Assembly (NCBI RefSeq): GCF_001194135.2
Contig: NC_068987.1
Span: 25,216,240-25,280,239, forward strand
Origin: Octopus bimaculoides
Lineage: Eukaryota
Direction: 5' to 3'
Length of the DNA: 64,000 bases
Shown: piece after piece, positions 63,301 to 64,000 of the stretch
Numbering within the stretch: position 1 is the first letter of the stretch
How the letters are laid out: every line of letters starts with the position of its first letter
The notes under the pieces: generated by a model
What the model was told of the DNA's origin: nothing
Databases searched by the model: none
What the model saw: the letters and a program-made list of their open reading frames with translations, nothing else
Program-made: the position numbers and the translations under genes

Positions 63301-63518
63301 TAAGGCGGTGAGCTGGCAGAAACGTTAGCACGCTGGGTGAAATGCTTCACGGTATTTCGTCTGCCGTTACGTTCTGAGTTCAAATTCCGCCGAGGTCGAC
63401 TTTGCCTTTCATCCTCTTGGAGTCGATAAATTAAGAACCAGTTGCGTACTGGGGTCGATCTAATCGACTGGCCCCTCCCCCACAATTTCGGGCCTTGTGC
63501 CTAGAGTAGAAAAGAATA
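63301..63518 (+). mobile_element. SINE family A, full length, little diverged
   Basis: taaggcggtgagctggcagaaacgttagcacg...ggccttgtgcctagagtagaaaagaat; flanking atttattatt on both sides. Confidence 0.95.
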
Positions 63519-63604
63519 ATTTATTATTATTTTTTTAAATAACGTAGTAGCTATTGTTTTAAGCAACCTGGAGGTAAACCTCGGATATTATTTATTCCAT
63601 TCAT

Positions 63605-63838
63605 AACAGTATTAATAACAATTTCTACGTTAGGTACAAGGCCTGAAATTTTATGGGGAGGCGAATGCCGATTACATCGAGCCCGATGTTCAATTGGTAC
63701 TTATTTTATCAATCCGGAAGGATGAAGGGCTAAGTCGACCTCGACGGTATATGAACTCGGAACGTAAAAAGAACCCGAAGAAGTGCTGCTGAACATTTTC
63801 TCCGACTCGATAACAATTCTGCCAGCTCACCACCTTTA
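63605..63838 (-). mobile_element. SINE family A, inverted relative to the 63301 copy
   Basis: taggtacaaggcctgaaattt...ttctgccagctcaccacc. Confidence 0.88.
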
Positions 63839-64000
63839 CATAATAGTATTAATAACGATGTCAATGATATTTTAAACGGGTATTAAACGAGGTTACTTTA
63901 CTTAGTTTAACCCAAACCTCCTCCCTTTTATTCCAATGGTTCAGCCTCTATGAAGTGGTTTAACAGTAATTAAAGTTAGCAACCAAATATGCTTATCATC

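Overview
A non-coding, repeat-saturated, AT-rich eukaryotic window with eight assembly gaps. The SINE families and microsatellite load strongly suggest a coleoid cephalopod, probably Octopus; this is inferred from recalled repeat families, not from a database search. I recognise no protein-coding gene, intact tRNA/rRNA or CRISPR array. Almost all ORF-track entries are microsatellite or N translations, and the only recognisable protein-like sequence is decayed LINE ORF2 (Tx1/L1 RT and zinc knuckle, RTE, CR1/L2-group). My working repeat labels are: family A, a ~215-bp tRNA-derived SINE (20+ copies); family C, a ~400-bp SINE with an internal microsatellite; modular tRNA-derived SINEs with two heads (H1, H2) and three tails (T1-T3); and an older family D. 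Also present are hAT, piggyBac, pogo and Harbinger-like MITEs and a solo LTR with a 4-bp TSD. The most interesting signal is hammerhead-ribozyme-bearing elements of Penelope-like (PLE) type. Chief among them is a ~450-bp fold-back at 12.8-13.3 kb made of two head-to-head copies of a tRNA-promoter + minimal hammerhead unit. A second hammerhead variant (CUGUUGA core) occurs in a (TA)n-associated element, and a near-perfect ~40-bp hairpin lies at 34.4 kb. Repeat boundaries without a TSD/TIR are approximate (about 10-20 bp).
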